64,000 bases of DNA from an uncultured virus (IMG/VR IMGVR_UViG_3300025012_000071). Its lineage: Duplodnaviria; Heunggongvirae; Uroviricota; Caudoviricetes. The translations under genes were made by a program, and so were the position numbers. The stretch lies in the IMG/VR virus record IMGVR_UViG_3300025012_000071; one strand, 5' to 3'. The notes under the pieces are model-generated. The model was given only the letters and a program-made list of their open reading frames with translations. It had not been told where the DNA came from and ran no database searches. Below are positions 49,765 to 59,579 of the stretch, piece by piece (position 1 is the first letter of the stretch; every line of letters starts with the position of its first letter).

Positions 49765-49920
49765 ATGTCCGAATCAGAAAGACAAGCATTGATGCAGCAG
49801 ATTAAAGCAGGGCAACGTAAAATGTATAGCGCAGCAGATAGGTTTGGTCGTGACTCTATCGAAGCGTTGGAAGTTTCGCAGGAGTTGGACAAGTTGATTG
49901 TGCAGTATATGAGGGGGTAA
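49765..49920 (+). CDS. Spo0E-family aspartyl-phosphate phosphatase
   Basis: MSESERQALMQQIKAGQRKMYSAADRFGRDSIEALEVSQELDKLIVQYMRG*; SQELD signature; GGGAGGT RBS. Confidence 0.85.
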   Translation: MSESERQALMQQIKAGQRKMYSAADRFGRDSIEALEVSQELDKLIVQYMRG

Positions 49921-50101
49921 GCATGGACATTAGAGATCCGAGAAGTACGCTGAAACTGGCAGGTATTGACTACTTTATTGACTGGGAAGAAAATGTCGTT
50001 TATGTGGATAACCTACAAAAGTTATCCGAGCATTGCGGCATGAATTGGTCGGTGCTGGCCGAGGAAGTTGAGTGGAGAGGTTGGAAGTGGAGGAATTTGG
50101 A

Positions 50102-50368
50102 GTGATTAAATTATGTCGTAAGTGCGGAGAGACTTACCCGTTAACCTCTGAACATTTTCATAGAATGAGTAAGTCTAGGGACGGTTTTCATAGTCTATGC
50201 AAAAACTGTAGGGCAAAGTATATGAGTCAGTATCAGATCGATAATGCTGAGTTACTTAAGGAAAAGTCCAGAGCTTATTTTCTCGCTAACAGAGAAGTTC
50301 TTATAAAGAAAATGTCTATCTATAACAAAAGAAGAAGTGTAGAAAGAAGATTGTCTGAGTCGATATAG
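50102..50368 (+). CDS. zinc-binding protein resembling an HNH endonuclease N-terminus (no HNH domain)
   Basis: CRKCG...F......DGFHSLCKNC. Confidence 0.55.
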   Translation: MIKLCRKCGETYPLTSEHFHRMSKSRDGFHSLCKNCRAKYMSQYQIDNAELLKEKSRAYFLANREVLIKKMSIYNKRRSVERRLSESI

Positions 50369-50371
50369 GAG

Positions 50372-50533
50372 TTAACCCCGTTGCCGGGGTTGCTCCTTGT
50401 GAGAGAGGGCGTTAATGTAATCACCCATGACCTTACTTATTTGTTGACTTACATTTCTATTTTCTTTAATGGAAATATCCTTAATTTGTTTAAGCAATTC
50501 TTCGTCGATTGATATTGTAGTTTTAACTTTCAC
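50372..50533 (-). CDS. ribbon-helix-helix regulator (copy 3)
   Basis: MKVKTTISIDEELLKQIKDISIKENRNVSQQISKVMGDY; GGAGGTG RBS. Confidence 0.8.
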   Translation of the reverse strand: MKVKTTISIDEELLKQIKDISIKENRNVSQQISKVMGDYINALSHKEQPRQRG

Positions 50534-50645
50534 GTTAATACACCTCCGCATAAATAATATCATACTCAATACGAAATGGCAAGAAGTAGGCTATTGTATT
50601 GCAAAGTATGTCGAAGTGTGGTATAATATTACTGAGGTGGTAAGA

Positions 50646-51152
50646 GTGAACGACAAAAAATTCTATTATACACACGAAAAACAACTACACAACTATATAG
50701 AAAATAACTTTGAATCTATATTTGGGTTTGAATTTATTTCAAGAGAGGAATTAGTAGCAGGAAGTCGTCCTGATTTTATTGGATTGGATAAAGATATACT
50801 TTGTTTTATTGAAGTAAAAAATATAGCAACAATTAAAATAATTCCTCAATTAGAGAGATATTTAGGTATGATTAAGGAAATAAAGAGGGGTTATAACTAT
50901 TATAGTAGATATAATAATCACAAATTAATGCTAGTTAGTCCAATAGTAGAGGGCGATGAATTAATATTTTTCTGTAAAAATAATGGTATACCCATAAAAA
51001 TAATTGATAATGTTATTTATTGCGGAGATAGCAACGATAAAATCAGCAAAACTAAGGTATTTGATAAGTATATGTATTTAAAGCAGTATTTTTCTAATGA
51101 AGAAATCAACCAATTGGTTTGTTTATTGAATAGCGGAACGATTATTTTCTGA
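50646..51152 (+). CDS. PD-(D/E)XK endonuclease, NucS C-terminal-like
   Basis: E..LH.YI..N, RPDFIG.D, IEVK, QLERY; promoter TTGCAA-17-TATAAT at 50599-50627. Confidence 0.75.
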   Translation: MNDKKFYYTHEKQLHNYIENNFESIFGFEFISREELVAGSRPDFIGLDKDILCFIEVKNIATIKIIPQLERYLGMIKEIKRGYNYYSRYNNHKLMLVSPIVEGDELIFFCKNNGIPIKIIDNVIYCGDSNDKISKTKVFDKYMYLKQYFSNEEINQLVCLLNSGTIIF

Positions 51153-51166
51153 TTGGGAGGCAATAG

Positions 51167-51922
51167 ATGGCAGTATATAGACAAATACAAGTTTCCTTTT
51201 GGCAGGATACATTTGTCCTTGATTTAACTCCAGAAGAAAAATACTTCTATCTTTACCTTATGACAAACTCTAAAACTAGACAGTGTGGAGTCTACGAGGT
51301 ATCCCGAAGGGTTATGGAGCTGGAAACTGGTTATAACCGCGAGACAGTTGAGAAGTTAATTAAAAGGTTTATTGAATACGGAAAAATAGATTACTGTGAA
51401 GAAACTAAAGAAGTTTTGCTTAGAAATTGGTTTAAATATAACTCTTCTAAAAGCCCAAAAGTCCTACAGTGTATCATGTCGGAAGTGGCTAAAATAAAGC
51501 ACTTACCGTTTAAAGAATACACTATGGATAGTCTATCTATAGACTCAGGGGAAGAAAAAGAAAAAGAAAAAAAAGAAGAACAAAAAAAAGAAAAAGAACA
51601 ATATATATTATTTGTTGAATGGTTCAATGAAAAATTTAAAACTAACTATAAACCATCAACTTACAAAGATAAAATTAATACTCGCTTAAAGGAATTCACC
51701 TTAGATCAACTAAAGCAGGCAAGTCTAGCAATGAAAGCGGATAAGCATATGATGGGCATTAACGATAATAAGAAAGTTTATGCCACTATCGAGTATATCA
51801 CTAGAAATGAAAAAAACGTCGATAAGTGGTTGGTGCAAGTAAAACCAGATATAGAACCACCTCAAGAAACCCCCGAAGAAAAAGCAAGGCGCGAGAGATA
51901 CGATAGATTATACGGTAATTAG
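51167..51922 (+). CDS. phage replication initiator (replisome organiser/DnaD-like)
   Basis: MAVYRQIQ.SFW.D......TPEEKYFYLYLMTN; internal GAAAAA repeats 51551-51601; upstream of DnaC. Confidence 0.85.
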   Translation: MAVYRQIQVSFWQDTFVLDLTPEEKYFYLYLMTNSKTRQCGVYEVSRRVMELETGYNRETVEKLIKRFIEYGKIDYCEETKEVLLRNWFKYNSSKSPKVLQCIMSEVAKIKHLPFKEYTMDSLSIDSGEEKEKEKKEEQKKEKEQYILFVEWFNEKFKTNYKPSTYKDKINTRLKEFTLDQLKQASLAMKADKHMMGINDNKKVYATIEYITRNEKNVDKWLVQVKPDIEPPQETPEEKARRERYDRLYGN

Positions 51923-51933
51923 GTGATTAACAT

Positions 51934-52644
51934 ATGTGTGATATATGCGGAGATCGCGGAATAGTGCAGGTAGAATGTACAACCTTTAAAATCTGCGACT
52001 GTATGGTAAAACGCAAAATACTAAACAAATTCAAGGACAGCAAACTTTCAAAGCAAATGCTGTCAAGTTCTTTCGCTAATTTTAATTATGACTATTACAA
52101 AAAGAATATAGTCTACATCAAAAAAGCGGTTCAATTAGCGCAGGACTTCGCTAACTCGGTAGTCAATGGACAAGCAACCGATGGACTAATGCTTACCGGA
52201 CGTGCAGGGCATGGGAAAACTTACTTGGCCTGCTGTATAGCAAACGTACTTATCCGCAAAAACATAGCAACCCTTTTCACCGTAGTACCGGACCTGTTAG
52301 ACCAAATTAAGAGTACATACAACAAAGGCGAAGGTCAACCGGAGTACAACGAAAAGGATTTACTCGATACTGCGAGAGAAGTACAGGTGCTAATACTTGA
52401 CGACCTGGGGGCGCATCAATACACAGAATGGGCGCAGGGGAAACTGTTCACTATTTTAAACCACAGGATCAACTTTAACCTGCCGACGGTCATAACGACT
52501 AATCTTGATTTAAAGGATATGGACAAGACAATCGGCGAACGTGCAGCAAGTAGAATTATTCAACTCTGCCAACCGATAAAGATTGAGGCAGACGACGACA
52601 TAAGGATGCAGAAAAGACTTGCTAAGTGGAATGATGCTACTTAA
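51934..52644 (+). CDS. dnaC: DnaC/IstB-like helicase loader ATPase
   Basis: CxxC..C.C, GRAGHGKT, LILDDLG, TVITTN. Confidence 0.9.
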   Translation: MCDICGDRGIVQVECTTFKICDCMVKRKILNKFKDSKLSKQMLSSSFANFNYDYYKKNIVYIKKAVQLAQDFANSVVNGQATDGLMLTGRAGHGKTYLACCIANVLIRKNIATLFTVVPDLLDQIKSTYNKGEGQPEYNEKDLLDTAREVQVLILDDLGAHQYTEWAQGKLFTILNHRINFNLPTVITTNLDLKDMDKTIGERAASRIIQLCQPIKIEADDDIRMQKRLAKWNDAT

Positions 52645-52699
52645 CCACGCCCCGACCAACCGTAAGCAGTAGGATTTATCTGAATTTAGGAGGATTGCT

Positions 52700-53587
52700 A
52701 TGGAACCAATAGTTAAATACCATTGTCCGGTATGTGATAAAGAATACGAAACACCGGAAGAAGCGGAAAACTGTTTTGTGCCGTTAAATGAGAGATTTAA
52801 GCAGGGAGATATAATTGTTCTTGGTTATATTAATAGTCCCAAAAGGGTTATGTATCCCATAAGACCAAATGAAATGGGCATAACGGCAGAGTTAATTGCA
52901 GAACATAGCATTGCCACATATCAACCAGTTAAGAAAGGCATTGATGCTAGAGGTTATTATTGCGGATCCGGAATGACTCTCTGTAAGGCTAAAAAATACC
53001 CTCTTGAAGATGCTAAGAAGTTAGTCAGCGATTTACGCCGCCGGCTGAAAAATGCCGAGAAGTTTTTAGAAATGGTAAAGAAGATGTATGAGGAGGAAGT
53101 CAAATGAGAACATGCCGCATTAACGCATCGCCGGATCAGATTAAGCAGATAGTGGAAACTATCAAGGGTGCTAATCCCGACAGTCTCTTAGTGTTACCGC
53201 CTGTCAATCCTATCAGCGTATATTCACCGACCAAGAAAAAGAAGTATCACCGGATAACCGTTGAACTCGTAATACCGGAGGGTGCTTTAAATAGTTCTGC
53301 CGACCTTACTGATTTCGGAGTTTTCGCTGTGCTGAGGATACCCGAAAAACATATTTCAGAGCAGTATTTAGTGGATAAAAAGAAGGAGGATACCACTAAT
53401 GCCGAAACAGAAACGCCACAAACAACCTAAACTAAAAATCATCGTTGACCTGCCGAACGAGAGCAACCGGAAATGGTACGACGAGAAATACCGGAATATG
53501 TTCAAAGATCGCCGGGGTGTTTTACACGATTACCGGGATGGAATGTCGCCGGGGTATTGCGTGGCAGCGGTGGAGGTAGTGAGTTGA
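52700..53587 (+). other. three hypothetical genes (52700-53107, 53104-53430, 53399-53587)
   Basis: Overlapping stop/start ORFs with RBSs. Confidence 0.65.
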
Positions 53588-55188
53588 TTAACGAAATGAC
53601 GATGGGTTCACTATTTGACGGAGTGGCAATGTTCCCACTAGCCGCAGAACGCAACGGAATTAAGGCAGTTTGGGCGAGTGAGATAGAAAAATTTCCGATG
53701 GCGGTTAGTCGGTTAAGATTTCCCGACATGAAACACCTTGGCGATATTAAAGATATAGGATTATGTACCTATATCACACATTTCAAAGGTACTAAATGTA
53801 ATTTTTATATAAATACATCTAAAGACGTTTTAGTTAAACCTGTGGATATAATCACTTTCGGCAGTCCATGTCAGGATCTAAGCGTAGCAGGTAAGCGTGA
53901 GGGGATGGCAGGAGAACGATCAGGATTGTTTAGTCAGGCGATACGGATAATTAGAGAAATGAGGTTTGTGACAAATGGAGAATACCCTCGATACGCAATA
54001 TGGGAGAACGTACCCGGAACATTTAGCAGCAACTCGGGACAGGATTTTAGAACCGTGCTTGAAGAAATCACAGCGGCCGAAATTCCAATGCCTAAGTCTG
54101 GAAAGTGGGCAAAAGCCGGAATGGTCAGAGGGAATGGGCATAGTGTTGCTTGGAGAACACTCGATGCGCAATACTGGGGAGTCGCCCAGCGTCGTAAGAG
54201 AATCTTTCTTGTCGCAGATTTTAGAGGTCAACGTGCCGGCGAAATACTTTTTGAGCGCGAAAGCATGTCAGGGGATTTTGAGACGAGCGGAGAAACGAGG
54301 AAAGAAGTTGCCGGAAGTGTTGGAAATGGCATTGAGACAACAATCCTCTTTGAACCACGAAGTCAGGACGGAGTACCAAGAATTCACGAAAGCGGAATCT
54401 GCCCAACTCTTAACACAGCACAGGGGGGGCAACGGCAACCATGTATAGCGCAACCGATGGCATACTCTTTTGATGCACTCGGAAGTAACTCGATGAAGTC
54501 AAGCAACCCCCATAGTGGAGGAAGATTTATTGATACCTGTTACTGTTTGGATACGTCAGTTCCAGAACCTTCTAAAAATCAGGGCGGTATTGCAATACTT
54601 GAACCTAAAGCATACGTTATTCAATCCGCAACCATGAGCGGAGATAAGAAACAAAACGGTTTAGGTGTGTCAGATGGTCCGTGCTATACGCTTGATTGTC
54701 GGGCGGATCATGCGGTTGCTTATGGCATTAGGAACGCTCCGAAACCCAACATAGGAACTATTTGCGCAAGCGGAGCAGGGACAAACAGACCAGCAGGGCA
54801 GGGGAATGAAACTGATTTAGTTATCTGTTATCCCGAACCTGCAAACGCTCTGCTTGCAAAAGGTAATCTGTCATACCGTGCCGATGTGGATAATTTAGTT
54901 TGTGCTGTAGATGTCAGAAACCTTTACGAAACCGAGGAATTAAGCGGAACACTGCAAAGCAAAAACACAGGTGGTTATTCGCTTAACTATCAAAATCCTG
55001 TTAGGGTTGGTTATGCGGTAAGGCGACTCCTGCCAATCGAAACGGAGCGCTTAATGGCGATGCCGGACGGTTGGACCAATATTCCCGGAGCGAGTGACAC
55101 GGCACGTTACAAGGCGATTGGCAATTCATTGGTTATGCTGATACCTGATTGGATATTTAGTCAGATAGTTAAACTGCATGTCAATTAG
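53584..55188 (+). CDS. DNA cytosine-5 methyltransferase
   Basis: SLFDG (I), GSPCQD (IV), ENV (VI), QRRKRIF (VIII), RRL.P.E.ERL (IX), KAIGNS (X). Confidence 0.92.
   Translation: MINEMTMGSLFDGVAMFPLAAERNGIKAVWASEIEKFPMAVSRLRFPDMKHLGDIKDIGLCTYITHFKGTKCNFYINTSKDVLVKPVDIITFGSPCQDLSVAGKREGMAGERSGLFSQAIRIIREMRFVTNGEYPRYAIWENVPGTFSSNSGQDFRTVLEEITAAEIPMPKSGKWAKAGMVRGNGHSVAWRTLDAQYWGVAQRRKRIFLVADFRGQRAGEILFERESMSGDFETSGETRKEVAGSVGNGIETTILFEPRSQDGVPRIHESGICPTLNTAQGGQRQPCIAQPMAYSFDALGSNSMKSSNPHSGGRFIDTCYCLDTSVPEPSKNQGGIAILEPKAYVIQSATMSGDKKQNGLGVSDGPCYTLDCRADHAVAYGIRNAPKPNIGTICASGAGTNRPAGQGNETDLVICYPEPANALLAKGNLSYRADVDNLVCAVDVRNLYETEELSGTLQSKNTGGYSLNYQNPVRVGYAVRRLLPIETERLMAMPDGWTNIPGASDTARYKAIGNSLVMLIPDWIFSQIVKLHVN
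53975..54448 (+). CDS. nested alternative-frame protein inside the MTase
   Basis: LSQILE..VP.KYFLS.KAC.GILRRA.KRGK.LP..L..AL, a motif I recognise from overlapping frames of phage C5-MTases. Confidence 0.6.
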   Translation: MENTLDTQYGRTYPEHLAATRDRILEPCLKKSQRPKFQCLSLESGQKPEWSEGMGIVLLGEHSMRNTGESPSVVRESFLSQILEVNVPAKYFLSAKACQGILRRAEKRGKKLPEVLEMALRQQSSLNHEVRTEYQEFTKAESAQLLTQHRGGNGNHV

Positions 55189-55297
55189 TCAACCATAATC
55201 CAAAATAACCGCAGTAGCGACTCCGTACAGCGACGTAAAACTACAGGACATGCTTTTATACCTGTTGTCGTGATTGGGGAGTAAAAGGGGGTTTGAA

Positions 55298-56128
55298 ATG
55301 GCAAGACCGTCAAGGGTTTTACTTAAAGAAGAATTGGCGTATATGAAGCAATGGGCAGCCAAAGCGTCCTGCGCTAACATCGGTGAAAACTTGCTAATGT
55401 CGGAGCAACAATTGGGCGCATATATGAAAAAACACGGTATGTCGAGAGCGAATAAGGGTGCTAGATACCTTGTTGTGCCGGATAGATATACAGGTCCGAC
55501 TTCCTATGTGCAGCGAGGTAGAGACAATAGGTTTGTAAACCTCTTTACTAGACATAAAATCGAAGGAAATGTCAAGTTGCCGGAAAAACCTTGGAGCATT
55601 GAGCAGAGTTTTGAAAACCCTATCTTGTTGGTGAGTGCAACCGCAGGGGTGATGATTTGGCGCAATAGCGGTAAGGGTGAATGTCTATGACTACAGGCGA
55701 CACGGTAAAAGTTGTCAGGATGCCGAAAGGAGTCAGGAAAACTAAGCACAAATTTGCCATTGGTGATATTGGCGAGGTTAGAAATATTTACGGCAAATGT
55801 GCTTACGTGTGGTTTGATGTTGGCAGGGGCGCACCAATTAGCACGATAAATTTGGAGGTGGTTGGTGGTAGGGAGGAAGAGCGCAGTAAAGAGGGAACAG
55901 GAAATAGGTAAGTTGAAAACCGAAGTAAGTGTTTTACAAACTAGATTTGCAGTTTTGAGTGGTGCATACAACTATCTGCGCGAGGAAAATTTAAGACTTG
56001 ATAGTTTCGACTACCAGATTAAGTTGCTAAGCAAAAACTTGGACGAGGCGCAGGTAATTATCGACAGACTGCAAAATACAGCATGGAGAAGGTTTTGTCG
56101 ATGGGTACGTCTACTGTTTACGGTATAA
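55298..56128 (+). other. three hypothetical genes (about 55298-55690, 55681-55911, 55862-56128)
   Basis: Contiguous ORFs. Confidence 0.55.
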
Positions 56129-56163
56129 TGTAGTTGAGAAGGGGAGAAAATTAGGGTGATTTA

Positions 56164-56443
56164 ATGCACATTAAAACATACAAAATCTCTCATATAACTC
56201 AATATCCCTACTAAGGGTTGTCGAAATCGGACATTGAGACTAAATCAGTCAACAGATAACTACCCTCAGTCGAGAGGATGTCCGTAGAAGTTCCGGAGAT
56301 ACACCGGGCGCCATATGTGCTAGACGTAAAATTGAGCATGGTTAGGGTTATCTATAGCGGTTCGTTGCCGTAGGATGTCAATACGGTCCTGCAATCCCAC
56401 TTAATCTGATAAATCAGGTTATGGTGGCGCAGGTATATGAGAG
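56164..56443 (+). ncRNA. large structured leader with 16-codon uORF
   Basis: Closing stem 56187-56199/56431-56443, many internal hairpins, possible pseudoknot. Confidence 0.55.
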
Positions 56444-57123
56444 TGGTTGTAAGTGTGTCGGGAGGCAAAGACTCTACTTATTTAACGGCATATGCTCTTT
56501 ATAGATATGGTCGAGAAAATTGTATCTTTGTTAGTGCTGACACTGGTTGTGAGTTTCCAGAAACATACGAATACCTGAACTATCTCGAAATAAAGTTGGG
56601 TATAAAAATACATCGCATTAAAAGCGATAAGTGGGATTATTTTTCTTACTGCCGACATAGAAGTAAGTTTCCTGATGCTAGAAATAGATTTTGTACGTCA
56701 GACTTAAAACAAGCACCATTAACTAAATGGATAACTAGCGCAGGTATAGACCGATACGATGACATAATGCTAACAGGTGAGCGCAGAGAGGAAAGTAAAA
56801 AGAGGTCAACTTATCAGGAACATTATTATAACCAAAAATTGAGAATTGGCGGTTGTCGTCCGCTATTAAACCTAACAACCGGAGATATATTTACGGGGAT
56901 TAGACAGGCGGGACTTGTGCCCAATCCGGTGTATAAGCATTTTACTAGACTTGGTTGTTATGGATGCATTTTTAATACTATTGACGAGTGGGTTCAGTTG
57001 AGTAAATTCTACCCTGACTTATTTAGTAAAATTGCAGATCTGGAAAATGAGATTGGTTACACTGTCCGGCAAGGAGAAACATTGAGGCAGTTAATTAGTC
57101 GCAAAGAAAGGGATTCAGCATGA
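56437..57123 (+). CDS. phosphoadenosine phosphosulfate reductase-family protein
   Basis: SVSGGKDS PP-loop, DTG.E, RFCT..LK..P, G.RREES..R, RLGCYGC. Confidence 0.9.
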   Translation: MRVVVSVSGGKDSTYLTAYALYRYGRENCIFVSADTGCEFPETYEYLNYLEIKLGIKIHRIKSDKWDYFSYCRHRSKFPDARNRFCTSDLKQAPLTKWITSAGIDRYDDIMLTGERREESKKRSTYQEHYYNQKLRIGGCRPLLNLTTGDIFTGIRQAGLVPNPVYKHFTRLGCYGCIFNTIDEWVQLSKFYPDLFSKIADLENEIGYTVRQGETLRQLISRKERDSA

Positions 57124-57311
57124 CACCAAAACAAGGGCAAACATACAGACATTTTAAGGGCAGCGTATACGATATTGTTTCGGTCAAAAATGACAACGTG
57201 AAATATCGTGCGCGCAGTACCGGCGTAGTTTGGAATAGGAGTTTGGAGGAATTTACCGACTATGTTTTTAGGGGATTTAAGTTAATGCGGAGATTTGAGA
57301 GGTTGATTTGA
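57120..57311 (+). CDS. DUF1653-like protein
   Basis: YRHFKG..Y, W.R...EF. Confidence 0.7.
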   Translation: MTPKQGQTYRHFKGSVYDIVSVKNDNVKYRARSTGVVWNRSLEEFTDYVFRGFKLMRRFERLI

Positions 57312-57413
57312 TGGGCAGAAAAGTGAGCAGACCAAAGCAAGACCGGCAGACACTTTACAAAGAATTCAAGTCTGCTGCCGAGAAAAATTTACCTAAGAAG
57401 GGGGAGAAGTAGT

Positions 57414-58139
57414 TTGTTAAAACCGACAATTTTAACTTGTTTCGATATACCGGAAGTATGGTACAGGTCGCTTTCTGAGTTATACCATGCTCATAGCGGA
57501 GGCGATAATCGGGAATACCTTGTACAACATGGAAGTTTTGAGAATCAACATAAGCGCAAGGAACTTGACTATTTTATGGCGGTTATTACTAATCCAGGCA
57601 ATAGACCGCTAACACCGATTATGCCGGAGGGTTTGAGTGTTGCGCCTCCTACAGATATGGATAAAATTGAGAAGTATTTTGCCGATTACATTATTGGTGC
57701 TGAGGTTGCCGACAATGAGGATTACACCTACGGAGAGCGCATAAGTATTAGTTTGCAGAATGTCATAGAGATTCTAAAAATAACTCCAGACACCAACCAG
57801 GCTATTATTGAAGTTGGGCAACCTTTAGATATTTATCTGAATGACCCGCCTTGCCTGAGGATGATCGATTGCCGGATTAAAGACGGTATGCTACATTTCA
57901 TAATCTACTTTAGGTCATGGGATATATTTGCCGCATTACCTGAGAATCTGGGAGGGTTGCAACTCTTAAAAGAATACATGGCGGCAGAAATTGGGGTAAG
58001 GGATGGCGGCATGATAATTTCCTCTAAGGGCGCACACGTTTACGACTATGCCTGGGATCAGGTTAAGCAGTTAGTTAGGTTTAGGGATAAGACAGACCCT
58101 ATCATCATAGACAATCCCGACGAAGGAGATATTGAGTAA
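57414..58139 (+). CDS. thymidylate synthase-like (short archaeal-type) protein
   Basis: YTYGERI, PPCL, YFRSWD, P.N, AHVY. Confidence 0.85.
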   Translation: MLKPTILTCFDIPEVWYRSLSELYHAHSGGDNREYLVQHGSFENQHKRKELDYFMAVITNPGNRPLTPIMPEGLSVAPPTDMDKIEKYFADYIIGAEVADNEDYTYGERISISLQNVIEILKITPDTNQAIIEVGQPLDIYLNDPPCLRMIDCRIKDGMLHFIIYFRSWDIFAALPENLGGLQLLKEYMAAEIGVRDGGMIISSKGAHVYDYAWDQVKQLVRFRDKTDPIIIDNPDEGDIE

Positions 58140-58522
58140 TGTCAATATATAATGTACGCAAATTAGGGCGCGAATACTGTCAAACAGAAGGTTCCGCGCA
58201 CTATAAAGGCGGTGGTGTTGAACCCATAGACTTAATGATTTCTAAGGGCATCATCGAGGACTTTTGTATCGGCAATATAGTTAAGTACGCAACACGTTTT
58301 AAGCATACGCGCAACCTTGAGGATTTGAAGAAAGTTTCCGACTACTCGCATATTTTGGCCGGTGTGGAGTTGGAGAAGGTACAACCAAAACTGGAAATTA
58401 TACCAGATGAAATGTGTTCGAGTTGTAATAAACAAAACTTTTCCAATTTAAGTTATTGTAATCTAGTATTATCCAAGACCAAAGAGTGTAAGGAAAATAA
58501 CTTCTGTTATTGGGAGGGTTAA
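58139..58522 (+). CDS. DUF3310-like protein
   Basis: HY..GGVEPID....FCIGNIVKY..R......EDLKK. Confidence 0.75.
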   Translation: MSIYNVRKLGREYCQTEGSAHYKGGGVEPIDLMISKGIIEDFCIGNIVKYATRFKHTRNLEDLKKVSDYSHILAGVELEKVQPKLEIIPDEMCSSCNKQNFSNLSYCNLVLSKTKECKENNFCYWEG

Positions 58523-58705
58523 CATGAACTTCATCGAGGAACTCGAAAACGCTCCTTGGCCTAAGTTTTGCCGAGAAGCGGCAGAGCAGCGAAAATGTGA
58601 AATTTGCACTAATCCAGAACATGCTAACTCTATCAATACGCTTACTGGTGCTATAAGAAAACCAATGTTCTGCCATATAGACTGTGATAAGAGGGAGAAA
58701 AGTAA

Positions 58706-58954
58706 ATGAAAGGTCACTTCCCACAGATTAAATTTGTCAAACTAAACACAGCATCAGAGCAATGGAAACACGTTGAATCTGAGTGGAGAGAAGTTAAATT
58801 AGCAACATATCCAGAAGATAGATTGATGGAAAAAGTAGACTTGTTTCACTCTCTGGAAACTTACTTTCGTAGGTTGGAATTTGAGGGCGTAGACGTTGAA
58901 GCATTATTCGGCAAGGTAGTACAGAAGAACCATGAGCGAGGATATTACAAATGA
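58706..58954 (+). CDS. MazG-like nucleotide pyrophosphohydrolase
   Basis: Q..H..SE..E, E..DL.HS.ET, V..KN..RGYY. Confidence 0.55.
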   Translation: MKGHFPQIKFVKLNTASEQWKHVESEWREVKLATYPEDRLMEKVDLFHSLETYFRRLEFEGVDVEALFGKVVQKNHERGYYK

Positions 58955-59579
58955 TCGCAAAAATGGACATGCGAGTGCGGAAAGGAAAATCAGGCCAACG
59001 TATTCTCATCGGGGGCAACGACAGTAAAATGCTCCCGGTGCTATGAGGATCACATCATGGAAACGAAAACTATCGTAACTAAGTTGAGTTTCGGTAGAAC
59101 GGAGATTAAAGGGAGTTGATTTTATGTCTAAAGGAACTCCTTGGAGCGCAGAGGAAAAGGAAATAGCGAGTCGCAACTTAACGATTAACGATATATATAA
59201 TCTATTCCTCCGTAATGAATTTAATCGTAGTAGAGAGAATATCCGCAGATGGAGAAATACAAACGGTATGGGCAGTTTGAAAAAGTCTGACTTAATAACT
59301 GTGCCTAAAATAGATAAAAAACCGAAAGAGCGTAAACGCTTTCCGGTGGGACTTCGGGATTGGTTGATGTTCGGATGAAAAAACGCAAAGTAAAGAAAAC
59401 TCCCCATTGTGGGTGGTGTCTCTCAAAACTCCACCCCGGCAAGATGGGGTGGATTAGGGTACTAAGTAAAAACTGCTTGCACAAGAACGGCAGGTTTAAG
59501 TCGTGTAGGCATTTTAGGCCGAACATGGATCATCCTAAGTGGAAATATGAAGGATTTAAGGATTTTGGAGGGTGTTAAT

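Noticed and set aside
56164..56443. Canonical group I or II intron
   Set aside because: GAGACTA resembles the group I R element but no matching S element was found; the CCGTA/TACGG hairpin is only loosely like group II domain V; the downstream gene is complete without splicing
56437..57123. Phosphorothioate (Dnd/Ssp) system
   Set aside because: Only a short PAPS-reductase-family gene; no dndB/D/E or ssp partners
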